A stretch of DNA of 64,000 nt, from assembly GCA_016869235.1 (NCBI GenBank), contig VGER01000004.1, forward strand, positions 5,454 through 69,453, in the 5' to 3' direction. The notes under the pieces are model-generated. The model searched no databases and was not told the origin of the DNA. It saw only the letters and a list, made by a program, of their open reading frames with translations. The stretch is from Alphaproteobacteria bacterium (GTDB lineage: Bacteria; Pseudomonadota; Alphaproteobacteria; UBA2966; CAIVPW01). A program made the translations under genes and the position numbers. Shown piece by piece: positions 1 through 10,619 of the stretch. Within the stretch, counting starts at the first letter, position 1. Each line of letters begins with the position of its first letter.

Positions 1-1
1 G

Positions 2-271
2 ACGGTCGGCGACATCATCGTCGTCGCCATCAAGGAAGCGATCCCGCGCGGCCGCGTGAAGAAGGGCGAAGTCTCCCGCGCCGTCGTCGTGCGCACGGCT
101 AAGGAGATCCACCGCTCCGACGGCACGTCGATCCGCTTCGACCGCAATGCCGCGGTACTGGTCAACGCCCAGGGCGAGCCGGTCGGCACGCGCATCTTCG
201 GGCCGGTGACGCGCGAATTGCGCGCCAAGGCGCAGATGAAGATCGTCAGCCTGGCGCCGGAAGTCCTCTAG
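2..271 (+). CDS. rplN: 50S ribosomal protein L14, C-terminal part (5' end lies upstream of the window)
   Basis: Frame 2 translation from nt 2 ([24 protein letters not shown]...VSLAPEVL) matches the L14 C-terminus. It is followed by rplX, the conserved spc operon order. Confidence 0.9.
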   Translation, partial: TVGDIIVVAIKEAIPRGRVKKGEVSRAVVVRTAKEIHRSDGTSIRFDRNAAVLVNAQGEPVGTRIFGPVTRELRAKAQMKIVSLAPEVL

Positions 272-280
272 CTCTCGGAT

Positions 281-628
281 ATGACCGTAATGCAACAAGC
301 CAAGGCCAATCCGAAGTTCCGCATCAAGAAGGGCGACGAGGTCGTTGTCCTCTCGGGCAAGGACAAGGGCAAGCGCGGCAAGGTGCTGCGCGTGCTGCGC
401 AAGGAAGATCGTGTGCTCGTCCAGGGCGTGCGCATGATCAAGCGTCACACGCGTCCGAGCCAGGTAAGCCCCGGCGGCATCCTGGAAAAGGAGGCGCCGC
501 TGCATATTTCCAAGGTTGCGCTGGTCGATCCCAAGCTCGGCAAGCCCACCCGCGTCGGCTACAAGATTCTCGACAACGGCCGCAAGGTCCGCGTCGCGAA
601 GCTGTCCGGCGAAGTAATCGACCTCTAG
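281..628 (+). CDS. rplX: 50S ribosomal protein L24
   Basis: 115-aa ORF containing the [23 protein letters not shown] motif (KOW domain). Sits between rplN and rplE. Confidence 0.9.
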   Translation: MTVMQQAKANPKFRIKKGDEVVVLSGKDKGKRGKVLRVLRKEDRVLVQGVRMIKRHTRPSQVSPGGILEKEAPLHISKVALVDPKLGKPTRVGYKILDNGRKVRVAKLSGEVIDL

Positions 629-637
629 GAGCTGGTT

Positions 638-1180
638 ATGGCGGCGCGCCTTCGCGAACGCTACGAGAAGCAAATTCGGCCCATGCTGGCCGAGAAGTTC
701 GGTCACGCCAACAAGCTGGCGGTGCCCCGGTTGGACAAGATCGTCGTCAACATGGGCGTCGGCGATGCGGTGAACGACCGCAAGTTCATCGAGGCGGCGG
801 TGAACGACCTGACCGCCATTTCCGGCCAGAAGCCGGTGGTGGTGCGTTCGAAGAAGTCGATCGCCACCTTCAAGCTGCGCGAGAACATGGCGATCGGCGT
901 GAAGGTCACGCTGCGTCGCGAGCGCATGTACGAGTTCCTGGACCGCCTGATCAACATGACCTTGCCACGCGTGCGCGACTTCCGCGGCCTGAACGGCAAG
1001 AGCTTCGACGGCCGTGGCAACTTCGCCATGGGCCTGAAGGAGCAGATCGTCTTCCAGGAGATCGACTACGACAAGGTCGACCAGGTGCGCGGCATGGACA
1101 TCATCATCTGCACCACGGCGACCAATGACGAGCAGGCCAAGGAGCTCCTGTCGAGCTTCGGCATGCCGTTTAGGAACTAA
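638..1180 (+). CDS. rplE: 50S ribosomal protein L5
   Basis: 180-aa ORF with L5-like sequence ([18 protein letters not shown]...PRVRDFRG). Position in the operon is as expected. Confidence 0.92.
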   Translation: MAARLRERYEKQIRPMLAEKFGHANKLAVPRLDKIVVNMGVGDAVNDRKFIEAAVNDLTAISGQKPVVVRSKKSIATFKLRENMAIGVKVTLRRERMYEFLDRLINMTLPRVRDFRGLNGKSFDGRGNFAMGLKEQIVFQEIDYDKVDQVRGMDIIICTTATNDEQAKELLSSFGMPFRN

Positions 1181-1201
1181 CAAGGCAGAGGCAACAATCG
1201 A

Positions 1202-1507
1202 ATGGCGAAGACCAGCTCGATCTACCGCAACAAGAAGCGCCAGAAGATGGCGGCGCAGTTTGCCGAGAAGCGCGCCAAGCTCAAGGCGATCGCCAAGGAC
1301 AAGACGGTTCCGCAGGAGGACCGGTTCCTGGCGCGGCTCAAGCTTGCCGAGCTGCCGCGCAACTCGTCCAAGGTGCGCATCCGCAACCGTTGCGCCGTCA
1401 CCGGCCGCTCGCGCGGTGTCGAGAGCCGCTTCCAGATGTGCCGCATCGTGCTGCGCGACTTGGCCTCGCGGGGCCAGATCCCCGGCATGGTCAAGTCGAG
1501 CTGGTAG
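1202..1507 (+). CDS. rpsN: 30S ribosomal protein S14
   Basis: 101-aa ORF with the S14 C-terminus ([13 protein letters not shown]...[18 protein letters not shown]). Confidence 0.9.
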   Translation: MAKTSSIYRNKKRQKMAAQFAEKRAKLKAIAKDKTVPQEDRFLARLKLAELPRNSSKVRIRNRCAVTGRSRGVESRFQMCRIVLRDLASRGQIPGMVKSSW

Positions 1508-1525
1508 GGGCGGGGGGTTCAATCC

Positions 1526-1921
1526 ATGTCCATGACCGATCCGCTCGGCGACATGCTCACCCGCATCCGCAACGGCCAGCGCGCCGGTGCGTCCGACGTG
1601 ATGAGCCCGGCGTCCAAGTTCCGCGTCAACGTGCTCGAAGTCCTGCAGCGCGAGGGCTACATCCGCGGCTACGAGCGCGTGGAGGAAGAGGGCCACGCAG
1701 CGCTGCGCATCGAGCTCAAGTATCACGAGGGCGAGCCCGTCATCCGCACCATCCGGCGCATCTCCAAGCCCGGCCGGCGCGTCTACTCCGGCATCGCCGA
1801 CCTCGCCCAGATCTGCAACGGTCTCGGCATTGCCATCCTGTCGACGCCCAAGGGCGTGCTGTCCGACTCGGAAGCGCGTTCGCAGAACGTCGGCGGCGAA
1901 GTGCTCTGCAACGTCATCTAA
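1526..1921 (+). CDS. rpsH: 30S ribosomal protein S8
   Basis: 131-aa ORF starting [17 protein letters not shown], the typical S8 N-terminus. Confidence 0.92.
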   Translation: MSMTDPLGDMLTRIRNGQRAGASDVMSPASKFRVNVLEVLQREGYIRGYERVEEEGHAALRIELKYHEGEPVIRTIRRISKPGRRVYSGIADLAQICNGLGIAILSTPKGVLSDSEARSQNVGGEVLCNVI

Positions 1922-1950
1922 CCCCGCGTTTTCTGGATACCTAGGCCGCC

Positions 1951-2484
1951 ATGTCGCGCATCGGACTAAAAGCAGTCGCCGTACCCAAGGGCGTCACCGT
2001 CGAGGTGAAGGGCGATACCGTCTCCGCCAAGGGTAAGGTCGGCTCCCTGACGCTGAAGCTCGTGCCCGAGGTCTCCGCCAAGCTTGACGGCGGCAACGTG
2101 GCCGTCCAGGCCAAGGACGAGTCGGACAAGGCGCGCGCCATGTGGGGCATGACGCGCACCCTCATCAACAACATGGTGCACGGCGTCGACACCGGCTTCT
2201 CGACCGACCTCGTCATCGAGGGCGTCGGCTTCCGCGCCGCGGTGGAAGGCAAGAACCTCAAGATGCAGCTTGGGTTCTCCCACGACGTGATCTATCCGAT
2301 ACCGGAGGGCATCAAGATCACGACCGGCAAGCCGACCGAGATCAAGGTGTTCGGCGCCGACCGCCAGAAGGTGGGCCAGGTGGCTGCCGACATTCGTGCG
2401 TTCCGTCCCCCCGAGCCGTACAAGGGTAAGGGCATCCGGTACTCGGACGAGCACATCCTGCGCAAGGAAGGCAAGAAGAAGTAG
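1951..2484 (+). CDS. rplF: 50S ribosomal protein L6
   Basis: 177-aa ORF starting [19 protein letters not shown]; spc operon order. Confidence 0.92.
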   Translation: MSRIGLKAVAVPKGVTVEVKGDTVSAKGKVGSLTLKLVPEVSAKLDGGNVAVQAKDESDKARAMWGMTRTLINNMVHGVDTGFSTDLVIEGVGFRAAVEGKNLKMQLGFSHDVIYPIPEGIKITTGKPTEIKVFGADRQKVGQVAADIRAFRPPEPYKGKGIRYSDEHILRKEGKKK

Positions 2485-2486
2485 CC

Positions 2487-2849
2487 ATGGCGAAGCCAGC
2501 AGAACGATTTGCCCGCCGCCGGACCCGCGTGCGTTTCCGCGCGCGCAAGGCTTCGGGTGGCCGTCCGCGTCTGACCGTGTTCCGCTCGGGCAAGAACATC
2601 TACGCCCAGGTGATCGACGACGCGAAGGGCGTGACCGTCGCCGCCGCGTCCACCCTGGAGAAGGATCTCAAGGGCTCGCTCAAGTCAGGCGCCACCAAGG
2701 ACGCCGCTGCCAAGGTGGGCGCGCTCATTGCCCAGCGCGCGACGGCGGTCGGCGTGTCCGAGGTGGTGTTCGACCGCGGCGGCTACATGTTCCACGGCCG
2801 CATCAAGGCGCTGGCCGACAGCGCCCGCGAAGGCGGACTGAAGTTCTAA
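2487..2849 (+). CDS. rplR: 50S ribosomal protein L18
   Basis: 120-aa ORF containing ...[19 protein letters not shown]... and ...[26 protein letters not shown]. Confidence 0.9.
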   Translation: MAKPAERFARRRTRVRFRARKASGGRPRLTVFRSGKNIYAQVIDDAKGVTVAAASTLEKDLKGSLKSGATKDAAAKVGALIAQRATAVGVSEVVFDRGGYMFHGRIKALADSAREGGLKF

Positions 2850-2889
2850 TCGGCGCGAGGCCGCACAAGGCACACACAGAGAGAGCTCC

Positions 2890-3561
2890 ATGGCAGTTGC
2901 CAACACGACGGATCAGGAACAGGGCGATCACATCGGCGAGCAGCCGCAGCGTGGCCGCGGACGCGGCCGCGGGCGCGGCGGCGATCGCGAGGGTGGAGGC
3001 CGGGATCGCGGCGACCGCGAGCGCGGCGAGGGCGAGATCATCGAAAAGCTTGTCGCCGTCAACCGCGTCGCCAAGGTCGTGAAGGGCGGCCGGCGCTTCG
3101 GCTTCGCCGCCCTGGTCGTCGCGGGCGACCAGAAGGGCCGCGTCGGCTATGGCCACGGCAAGGCGCGCGAGGTGCCGGAAGCCATCCGCAAGGCCACCGA
3201 TGCCGCCAAGCGCGCCATGATTCGCGTGCCGCTGCGCGAGGGCCGCACCCTGCACCACGACCTGTCGGGGACCTATGGCGCGGGCCGCGTCGTAGTGCGC
3301 GCCGCGCCTCCGGGCACCGGCATCATCGCCGGCGGTCCGATGCGCGCGGTGTTCGAGACCCTCGGCATCGCCGACGTGGTGGCCAAGTCGGTCGGCACGT
3401 CTAATCCCTACAACATGGTCAAGGCGACCTTTGCGGCGCTCAAGGGCGCCATGAGCCCGCGCGTCGTCGCGGCGCGCCGCGGCCGCTCGGTGAACCAGAT
3501 CCTCGGCCGCTCCGGCAAGAAGGACGGCGCCGGCGCGGAGGAAGCCGAGGCGGAGGCCTAA
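2890..3561 (+). CDS. rpsE: 30S ribosomal protein S5 with an Arg/Gly/Glu-rich N-terminal extension
   Basis: S5 core sequence ([28 protein letters not shown]...) preceded by an [27 protein letters not shown] extension. My recollection is that such extensions are common in alphaproteobacterial S5. Confidence 0.9.
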   Translation: MAVANTTDQEQGDHIGEQPQRGRGRGRGRGGDREGGGRDRGDRERGEGEIIEKLVAVNRVAKVVKGGRRFGFAALVVAGDQKGRVGYGHGKAREVPEAIRKATDAAKRAMIRVPLREGRTLHHDLSGTYGAGRVVVRAAPPGTGIIAGGPMRAVFETLGIADVVAKSVGTSNPYNMVKATFAALKGAMSPRVVAARRGRSVNQILGRSGKKDGAGAEEAEAEA

Positions 3562-3565
3562 GCCT

Positions 3566-3763
3566 ATGGCGGCAGCTAAGAAGAAGATGATCCGCGTCAC
3601 GCAGATCGGCAGCTACATCGGGCGGCCGAATCGGCAGCACGAGAACCTCAAGGGTCTTGGCCTGAACAAGCGCCAACGCACGCGCGAGCTCGAAGACACG
3701 CCGGCGGTGCGCGGCATGATCGATCGGGTCAAGCACCTCCTCATCGTCGAGGAGATCGGTTAG
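3566..3763 (+). CDS. rpmD: 50S ribosomal protein L30
   Basis: 65-aa ORF lying between rpsE and rplO (conserved order). Confidence 0.85.
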   Translation: MAAAKKKMIRVTQIGSYIGRPNRQHENLKGLGLNKRQRTRELEDTPAVRGMIDRVKHLLIVEEIG

Positions 3764-3769
3764 GAACAC

Positions 3770-4432
3770 ATGAAGCTCAATCAGCTGGCGCGCAAGCACG
3801 GCGCCTTCAAGAAGGCCAAGCGAATCGGCCGCGGCATCGGCTCCGGGCTCGGCAAGACGTCGGGCAAGGGCGGCAAGGGCCAGACCGCGCGCACGGGCGT
3901 CGCGCTCAACGGCTTCGAGGGCGGCCAGATGCCGCTCCACATGCGCATGCCGAAGCGCGGCTTCAACAACATCTTCAAGAAGCGCTATCAGGAAGTGAAT
4001 CTGGGCGCCATCCAGGCCGCCATTGATTCGGGCAAGCTCAATGCCCAGGCAAAGGTGGATGCCGCCGCACTCATGACGGCCGGCGTCATCCGGCGCGCCA
4101 AGGACGGCGTGCGCATCCTGGGGAACGGCGAGCTGAAGACCAAGGTCAACATCGAAGCTGCCGCCGGTTCCAAGCCGGCACAGGCCGCTATCGAGAAGGC
4201 CGGCGGCACGCTGGTGCTGCCTCCGCCGCCCAAGGAGCCGGCGCGGAAGGTCGGTCACGTGTGGGAGCGGAATGCCAAGAAGGCGAAGCCCGCCGCCGCT
4301 GCGGCCGAGGGCGCGCCTGCCGAGGGCAAGGCCAAGAAGGCAAAGCCCGCGGCTGCTCGCGCCGACAGCGGCGAGAAGAAAGCCAAGGCCCCCAAGGCGC
4401 CAGCCAGAGGCGCTGCTCCGTCGAAGTCGTAA
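3770..4432 (+). CDS. rplO: 50S ribosomal protein L15 with an about 60-aa Ala/Lys/Pro-rich C-terminal tail
   Basis: L15 core ([26 protein letters not shown]...) followed by ...[52 protein letters not shown]. Confidence 0.88.
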   Translation: MKLNQLARKHGAFKKAKRIGRGIGSGLGKTSGKGGKGQTARTGVALNGFEGGQMPLHMRMPKRGFNNIFKKRYQEVNLGAIQAAIDSGKLNAQAKVDAAALMTAGVIRRAKDGVRILGNGELKTKVNIEAAAGSKPAQAAIEKAGGTLVLPPPPKEPARKVGHVWERNAKKAKPAAAAAEGAPAEGKAKKAKPAAARADSGEKKAKAPKAPARGAAPSKS

Positions 4433-4453
4433 GCGGGGGATCGGACAAGCCCG

Positions 4454-5806
4454 ATGGCCTCCGCTGCGGAACAGCTAGCCGCCAACATCAACTTCGGCGC
4501 CTTCGCCAAAGCGACCGAGCTCAAGAAGCGCATCTGGTTCACGGTCTTTGCGCTGATCGTGTACCGGCTCGGGACCTACATCCCGATCCCGGGCATCGAT
4601 CCCATCGTGCTCAAAGGGATCTTCGCGCAAAACCAGAGCGGCATCCTTGGCATGTTCAACATGTTCGCCGGCGGCGCCCTGTCGCGCATGGCGATCTTTG
4701 CGCTCAACATCATGCCGTACATCTCGGCCTCCATCATCGTGCAGCTGATGCGTACGGTGTCGACGCGTCTGGAGGCGCTGTGGAAGGAAGGCGAGGCGGG
4801 CCGTAAGAAGCTCAATCAGTACACGCGCTACGGCACGGTGCTGCTGGCGGTGCTGCAGTCCTACGGCATCGCGGTCGGACTGGAAAACTTGACCTCCGGC
4901 GCCGGCGGCTCGGCGGTGATCGATCCCGGGCTCTACTTCCGCTTCACCGCCGTCGTCACCATGACCGGCGGCACGCTGTTCCTGATGTGGCTCGGCGAGC
5001 AGGTCACCGCGCGCGGCGTCGGCAACGGCATTTCGCTCATCATCACGGCGGGCATCGTCGCGGCGCTGCCTTCGGCGCTCGCCGCGACCTTGGAGCTGGG
5101 CCGCACTGGCGCCCTCTCGGTCGGCATTATCCTGCTGCTGCTGATTGGCTCGGTCGCCGTGGTGACCTTCATCGTGTTCATGGAGCGCGCCCAGCGCCGC
5201 ATCCTGGTGCAGTACCCCAAGCGCCAGGTCGGCAGCCGCATGTTCGGCGGCGAGGCTTCGCACCTGCCTTTGAAGCTCAACACCTCGGGCGTGATCCCGC
5301 CGATCTTCGCCTCGTCGCTGCTGCTGCTGCCGATCACCGTCGCCAACTTCTCGGCTACGCAGGGTACCACCGGCTGGTTGGCGAGCGTCACCGCCATGCT
5401 CGGCCAGGGCCAGCCCGGCTATCTGCTGCTGTACGGCGCGCTGATCGTGTTCTTCGCCTACTTCTACACCGCGGTCGTATTCAACCCGGTCGACACGGCC
5501 GACAACCTCAAGAAGTACGGCGGCTTCATTCCGGGCATCCGTCCCGGCAAGAACACCGCCGACTATCTCGACTTCGTGCTGACACGCCTCACCACCATCG
5601 GCGCGGTCTACCTGGTCGCCGTCTGCCTGCTGCCCGAGATCCTGATCTCGCGCCTCGCCGTGCCGTTCTATTTCGGCGGCACTTCCCTGCTCATCGTGGT
5701 CACAGTGACGATGGACACGGTGACGCAGATTCAGTCGCACCTGCTCGCGCACCAGTACGAGGGCCTGATCCGCAAGACGCGGCTGCGCGGCACCAAGAAG
5801 AAATGA
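4454..5806 (+). CDS. secY: Preprotein translocase subunit SecY
   Basis: 450-aa polytopic membrane protein with SecY-like sequence throughout. It follows rplO, and its stop overlaps the adk start (ATGA). Confidence 0.93.
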   Translation: MASAAEQLAANINFGAFAKATELKKRIWFTVFALIVYRLGTYIPIPGIDPIVLKGIFAQNQSGILGMFNMFAGGALSRMAIFALNIMPYISASIIVQLMRTVSTRLEALWKEGEAGRKKLNQYTRYGTVLLAVLQSYGIAVGLENLTSGAGGSAVIDPGLYFRFTAVVTMTGGTLFLMWLGEQVTARGVGNGISLIITAGIVAALPSALAATLELGRTGALSVGIILLLLIGSVAVVTFIVFMERAQRRILVQYPKRQVGSRMFGGEASHLPLKLNTSGVIPPIFASSLLLLPITVANFSATQGTTGWLASVTAMLGQGQPGYLLLYGALIVFFAYFYTAVVFNPVDTADNLKKYGGFIPGIRPGKNTADYLDFVLTRLTTIGAVYLVAVCLLPEILISRLAVPFYFGGTSLLIVVTVTMDTVTQIQSHLLAHQYEGLIRKTRLRGTKKK

Positions 5807-6453
5807 ACGTCATCCTGGTGGGCCCGCCGGGGGCGGGCAAGGGCACCCAGGCGGAGCGGTTGCAGAAGACCTATGGTCTCAAGCATCTCTCTACCGGCGA
5901 CATGCTGCGTGCCGAGGTAGCCGCCGGCAGCCAGATCGGCCGCCAGGCCAAGGCGATCATGGATCGCGGCGAGCTGGTGCCCGACGAGATCCTCATCCGC
6001 ATGATCGGCGAGCGCATCGGCCAGCCCGATGCTGCCAAAGGATTTCTTCTCGATGGCTTTCCCCGCACCGTCGCCCAGGCGCAGGCGCTCGATACCATGC
6101 TGGCCGGCCGCAAGCAGAAGCTCGACCACGTCATCCAGCTGGTGGTGAACAACGATGCCATGGTGGAGCGCATCTCGGGGCGCTTCTCCTGCAAGAAGTG
6201 CGGCGCCGGCTACCACGACAGCTTCAAGAAGACGAAGAAGCCGGGCGTCTGCAACGTCTGCGGCTCGACCGAGTTCGTGCGCCGCCCGGACGACAAGCCG
6301 GAGACGGTCCGCACCCGGCTCGAGGCCTACGACAAACAGACGGCCCCCTTGCTCCCCTATTACCGGGCCAGGGGCGTGCTACGCGAGGTCGAGGGCATGG
6401 CCGCCATCGACGAGGTCACGGCCAAGCTCGGCAAGGTGCTGGGGGCGGCCTGA
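5803..6453 (+). CDS. adk: Adenylate kinase (long type, Cys4 zinc lid)
   Basis: Starts MNVILVGPPGAGKGTQA (P-loop). Lid region reads CKKCGAGYH...CNVCG. Same frame as the longer spurious ORF 4987..6453. Confidence 0.9.
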   Translation: MNVILVGPPGAGKGTQAERLQKTYGLKHLSTGDMLRAEVAAGSQIGRQAKAIMDRGELVPDEILIRMIGERIGQPDAAKGFLLDGFPRTVAQAQALDTMLAGRKQKLDHVIQLVVNNDAMVERISGRFSCKKCGAGYHDSFKKTKKPGVCNVCGSTEFVRRPDDKPETVRTRLEAYDKQTAPLLPYYRARGVLREVEGMAAIDEVTAKLGKVLGAA

Positions 6454-6536
6454 GGCCCGCGACGCCTGCGGCCATAGGGCGCAGCTGGCGGGGGACGGAA
6501 TCAAGGCTGGTGGGACGGGCAAAAGTCGGGCGCAGC

Positions 6537-6565
6537 TTGACTTATGGGGGTAGCGCTCCAATAAT
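6537..6565 (+). promoter_or_regulatory. Putative sigma70-type promoter upstream of rpsM (alpha operon)
   Basis: TTGACT (6537-6542), a 17-nt spacer, then AATAAT (6560-6565), about 130 nt upstream of the rpsM GTG start. Found by eye only. Confidence 0.35.
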
Positions 6566-6697
6566 CACGGGCTTTTCGGGTCCACGGCGGGCCCGGGATT
6601 GCTATTGCATTAGCCGGGCCTGACGAGGGCGGCTCGACGCGATGCACGGCTCCGACAACTTGAACGGCAACCAACACACTGGGCAAGGGAAATCGCG

Positions 6698-7081
6698 GTG
6701 GCGCGAATCGCTGGTGTAAACATTCCGACGAACAAGCGTGTCGTGATCGCTCTCCGGTACCTGTACGGGATCGGGCCGACCACGGCGCAAGAGATTTGCA
6801 CCAAGGTCAACATCGCGGCGGAGCGTCGCGTCAGCCAGCTGACGGACGCCGAGATCGCGCAGATCCGCGACATCATCGCCCGTGACTACGTGGTCGAGGG
6901 TGACCTTCGCCGCGAAGTCGCGATGAACATCAAGCGGCTGATGGACCTCGGCTGCTACCGCGGCCTGCGGCACCGCCGCAAGCTGCCGGTGCGTGGTCAG
7001 CGCACGCACACCAACGCGCGCACGCGCAAGGGGCCGGCCCGGGCAATCGCCGGCAAGAAGACTGCGCCTTCCAAGGGCTGA
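6698..7081 (+). CDS. rpsM: 30S ribosomal protein S13 (GTG start)
   Basis: [26 protein letters not shown]... S13 sequence; the start codon is GTG at 6698. Confidence 0.9.
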   Translation: MARIAGVNIPTNKRVVIALRYLYGIGPTTAQEICTKVNIAAERRVSQLTDAEIAQIRDIIARDYVVEGDLRREVAMNIKRLMDLGCYRGLRHRRKLPVRGQRTHTNARTRKGPARAIAGKKTAPSKG

Positions 7082-7148
7082 TAGGCCCTGGGGCGGAACG
7101 CCGACGGGCTGACGAGATCGCCGCGGGCAGCGGCAAGTAGGAGAGTCG

Positions 7149-7550
7149 ATGGCTGAGCAGCAGCAGCAACCTGCGGGGCGAGTAAAGCGCAGGGAACGCA
7201 AGAGCATCACGTCGGGCGTCGCCCATGTGAGTGCGACGTTCAACAACACGATCGTCACCATTACCGACGCGCAGGGCAACGCCATTGTGTGGTCCTCGTC
7301 GGGTCAGCAGGGCTTCAAGGGCTCGCGCAAGTCGACTCCGTATGCCGCCCAGCTCGCGTCGGAGAACGCGGGCCGCAAGGCCATGGAGCACGGCGTGAAG
7401 ACCTTGGAAGTGCGCGTCTCGGGTCCTGGCTCGGGCCGCGAATCGGCGCTGCGCGCCTTGCAAGCGGTGGGGTTCACCATTACGTCCATCAAGGACGTAT
7501 CCGCCACACCCCACAACGGTTGCCGGCCGCCGAAGCGACGCCGCGTGTGA
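7149..7550 (+). CDS. rpsK: 30S ribosomal protein S11
   Basis: 133-aa ORF; ...[21 protein letters not shown]... S11 sequence. Confidence 0.92.
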   Translation: MAEQQQQPAGRVKRRERKSITSGVAHVSATFNNTIVTITDAQGNAIVWSSSGQQGFKGSRKSTPYAAQLASENAGRKAMEHGVKTLEVRVSGPGSGRESALRALQAVGFTITSIKDVSATPHNGCRPPKRRRV

Positions 7551-7679
7551 GCGTGCTGCCGGAAGGCCCACGGGCGTCATGCCTGCGGTGCCTTCCAGGC
7601 GTGGGGCCAACGGCGAACCGCTGATTGGCCGACCTTTATGACGTCAACCCCGGGCGCGGTCCCGGAAATGGAAGGTTGA

Positions 7680-8705
7680 ATGCACGTGATTATCCAACGG
7701 AACTGGAAAGAACTGATCAAGCCCGGCAAGCTCGTCATCGAGCCCGGCCATGATCCTTCGCGGCGCGCCACCGTCGTGGCCGAGCCGCTTGAGCGCGGCT
7801 TCGGCCTCACGCTCGGCAACGCCCTGCGTCGCGTTCTCCTGTCGTCCCTGCAGGGGGCGGCGGTGACGGCGATCCAGGTCGACGGCGTTTTGCACGAGTT
7901 CTCGACCATCCCGGGCGTTCGCGAGGACGTCACCGACATCGTCCTCAACATCAAGACGCTCGCGGTGCGTATGCACGGCGACGGCCCCAAGCGCATGACG
8001 CTCAAGGCCGACGGCCCCGGCGAAGTGACCGCCGGCAAGATCGACACCGGTCATGACATCGAGATCATGAATCCGGAGACGGTCATCTGCACGCTCGATG
8101 AAGGCGCCAAGCTGTCGATGGAGCTCACTGTCGAGACTGGCAAGGGCTACGTCGCCGCAAATTACAACCGCGACGAGGATCGCCCCATCGGGTTGATCCC
8201 GGTGGATGCGGTGTACAGCCCGGTACGCAAGGTTTCCTACAAGGTCGAGAACGCGCGCGCCGGGCAGTACCTCGACTACGACAAGCTCTCCATGGAGATC
8301 GAGACCAACGGCACCATCACGCCCGAGGACGCGGCCGCCTACGCGGCGCGCATCCTGCAGCATCAGCTGCAGCTCTTCATCAACTTCGAGGAGCCGCAGG
8401 TCGAGGAGCGCAAGGAAGAGCGTCCGGAGTCCGAGTTCAACCGCAACCTCCTGCGCAAGGTGGACGAGCTCGAGCTGTCGGTCCGTTCGGCGAACTGCCT
8501 GAAGAACGACAACATCGTCTACATCGGCGACCTCATCCAGAAGACCGAGGCCGAGATGCTGCGCACGCCGAACTTCGGCCGCAAGTCCTTGAACGAGATC
8601 AAGGAAGTGCTGGCCCAGCTCGGCGTGCGCCTCGGCATGGAAGTGCCGAACTGGCCGCCCGAGAACATCGAGGAACTGGCCAAGAAGCTCGAAGACCAGT
8701 ACTAG
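7680..8705 (+). CDS. rpoA: DNA-directed RNA polymerase alpha subunit
   Basis: 341-aa ORF starting [18 protein letters not shown]...; C-terminal-domain motif ...[22 protein letters not shown]... Confidence 0.93.
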   Translation: MHVIIQRNWKELIKPGKLVIEPGHDPSRRATVVAEPLERGFGLTLGNALRRVLLSSLQGAAVTAIQVDGVLHEFSTIPGVREDVTDIVLNIKTLAVRMHGDGPKRMTLKADGPGEVTAGKIDTGHDIEIMNPETVICTLDEGAKLSMELTVETGKGYVAANYNRDEDRPIGLIPVDAVYSPVRKVSYKVENARAGQYLDYDKLSMEIETNGTITPEDAAAYAARILQHQLQLFINFEEPQVEERKEERPESEFNRNLLRKVDELELSVRSANCLKNDNIVYIGDLIQKTEAEMLRTPNFGRKSLNEIKEVLAQLGVRLGMEVPNWPPENIEELAKKLEDQY

Positions 8706-8735
8706 AAGCCAACACACGGACAGTAGGGAACTTCC

Positions 8736-9179
8736 ATGCGTCACTTGAACCGAGGCCGTCGCCTCAGCCGCAGTTCCGCGCACCGCGATGCGCTGCTGCA
8801 GAATTTGGCTGCGTCGCTGTTCAAGCACGAGCAGATCACCACCACCCTGCCCAAGGCGAAGGAGCTGCGGCCGGTGGCCGAGAAGCTCATCACGCTCGGC
8901 AAGCGCGGCGGGCTGCACGCGCGCCGCCAAGCCTTGGCGCAGCTTGGCGACAATGCGATCGTCGAGAAGCTCTTCACCACCCTGTCCAAGCGCTACAAGG
9001 GCCGTCCGGGCGGCTACGCCCGTATCCTCAAGGCCGGCTACCGCTACGGCGATGCCGCGGCGATGGCGGTCATCGAGCTCGTCGACCGCGATCCTGAGGC
9101 CAAGGGCCAGGACTCCGGCCCCGACCAGAACGCCGGTGGCGAGGGCGCGGGCTGGGCCGAGGGCGTTCCGAACGCCTAG
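8736..9179 (+). CDS. rplQ: 50S ribosomal protein L17
   Basis: [46 protein letters not shown]... L17 sequence. Confidence 0.9.
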   Translation: MRHLNRGRRLSRSSAHRDALLQNLAASLFKHEQITTTLPKAKELRPVAEKLITLGKRGGLHARRQALAQLGDNAIVEKLFTTLSKRYKGRPGGYARILKAGYRYGDAAAMAVIELVDRDPEAKGQDSGPDQNAGGEGAGWAEGVPNA

Positions 9180-9204
9180 CGGCAACCGAATTTGAGAAAG
9201 CGAA

Positions 9205-9234
9205 GGGCAGCCCACCGGCTGCCCTTCTGCTTTT
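9205..9234 (+). terminator. Rho-independent terminator after rplQ
   Basis: GGGCAGCC-cacc-GGCTGCCC stem-loop followed by TTCTGCTTTT. Confidence 0.6.
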
Positions 9235-9249
9235 GGCGCTTAACCCAGG

Positions 9250-10176
9250 TTGAGTCGCTGCGCTGCCGAAGGCGGTAGGTTGCCGCCGGTGTCCCAGGCT
9301 GCCGAATCGCTGACCGATACAGGGAGGGAAGACTGGCCCTTCGACGCCTGGGGCACCGCGCGGCCCGACCTCAACTTCGTGCGCGAGTATTGCCTCGCCG
9401 ACGTCGGCGTCTGCGATCGCCTGGTGGCTCTGTTCCAGACGGCGCGGGAGCTCGGGCTTACGCAGCCGGGCCGCACCGGACGCTTCCAGGTCAACAAGGC
9501 CATCAAGGACAGCGAGGACCTCGCGCCCGAGCAGTTGCCGCAAAACCATGCGCGCATCCCCTCGCCCGAGAAGAGCGGCTACAGCGACGTGATGCGCCAG
9601 TTCACGGCGTTCATCCCGCGCTACTACCGCGACACCGGCGCCGCATAGGCGCAACCGGTCGCCTTCAAGACCATGCCGCACTTTCAGTACTACCGGCCGG
9701 GTGGCGGCTATCACGCCTGGCACGTCGATGCGTTCGGCGACGTCGCCGACCGCCACCTGGTGTTCCTGCTCTACCTGAATGACGTGCCGGGCGGCGGTAC
9801 CGAATTCCAGCTGCAGAGGTACGTGTGCGAGGCGAAGAAGGGCAAGGTGCTGATCTTCCCGGCGAACTTCTGCTACCCGCACCGCAGCCAGGTGAGCCGG
9901 CTGCACGAGAAGTACATGCTTACCGGCTGGGCCACGGCGTTGCCTCCCGCACGCGCTGCCGCGCTAGCAGCGCGCGCGGGTTCCCATAACCCGGACGGAG
10001 CACTTCGTTTGCCCTCTTTGCGGCGGTTGGCCGCCCTCGCGCCGCGCACCCACTTCCCCAGCGGAGATGCGCCGATCATCGGAGGTCGCCATGCCGGAAG
10101 CCCGAACCATAGAGAAGGCGAAACGAGCCAAGCGCGCGGGGAAGTCCGCATCGACGCAAGCCGGCGCGTTCGTTGA
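9250..10176 (+). pseudogene. P4H-like 2OG-Fe(II) oxygenase gene interrupted by an in-frame TAG (9646-9648)
   Basis: ORFs 9250..9648 and 9673..10176 are in the same frame with high GC3 on both sides of the TAG. The downstream part carries the YRPGGGYHAWHVD...LVFLLYLNDVPGGGTEFQL...HRSQV...YMLTGW motif set (PF13640-like, from memory). Confidence 0.5.
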
Positions 10177-10619
10177 GGAATAAATCCGTCACATCCGCAA
10201 AGGGGAGCACGGCGCCCGCTCAGCGAAGCAAGCCATCGCCATCGGCCTGTCCAAAGCGCGCCGCGCCGGTGTGAAGTTGGAGCCCCCGCCCAAGGGCGAA
10301 GCGCAGGCGCGCACCCGCCGGAGCGCCAAGCGCGACTACGCCAAGGGTCAGTCGCGAGCAACGGCGCGCCCCAACCCGCGCCGCTTCAAGGCGATGGTGC
10401 GCAAGCTGCAGAAGGAGCCGCGCGCCGCCGCCTCCCACACCGCGCTGTCGCGCCATGCCAGGCGCGCGGTGGCCGCGAACACGCGCGCCGAGCGCTCGGC
10501 GGCGGCTAAGCAGGCCGCCCGCACCAAGGGCCGCGCCGCCGCTAGGGCGCTCACCTATCGGGGGCACCGCCCCGCGGACGGCTGGCTTTTGCCCCGCCCA
10601 GGGTCTATCTCGTCGCGGG
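10091..10619 (+). pseudogene. Small basic conserved protein (DUF6496-like, family name from memory) with an in-frame TAA (10181-10183) and no in-frame stop before rarA
   Basis: MPEARTIEKAKRAKRAGKSASTQAGAFVEE-TAA-IRHIRKGEHGARSAKQAIAIGLSKARRAGVKLEPPPKG... reads continuously in one frame. That frame then stays open for about 1.4 kb across rarA. Confidence 0.4.

Noticed and set aside
2890-3010. RGRGRGRGG-coding repeat at the 5' end of rpsE as a possible tandem DNA repeat or CRISPR-like array
   Set aside because: It is in frame within rpsE and encodes an Arg/Gly N-terminal extension of the kind I recall in alphaproteobacterial S5. It has no spacer-repeat architecture.
4475-5752. 425-aa minus-strand ORF antisense to secY
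   Set aside because: Arg/Gly/Asp/His-rich junk composition, typical of a stop-poor antisense frame in about 68% GC DNA. secY on the plus strand has unambiguous homology.
4987-6453. 488-aa plus-strand ORF beginning inside secY
   Set aside because: Only the last 216 codons (from ATG 5803) are adk. The upstream part is an alternative frame of secY with junk composition.
7644-9215. 523-aa minus-strand ORF antisense to rpoA and rplQ
   Set aside because: It spans two well-supported plus-strand genes and the terminator between them. It has low-complexity composition and no recognisable motifs.
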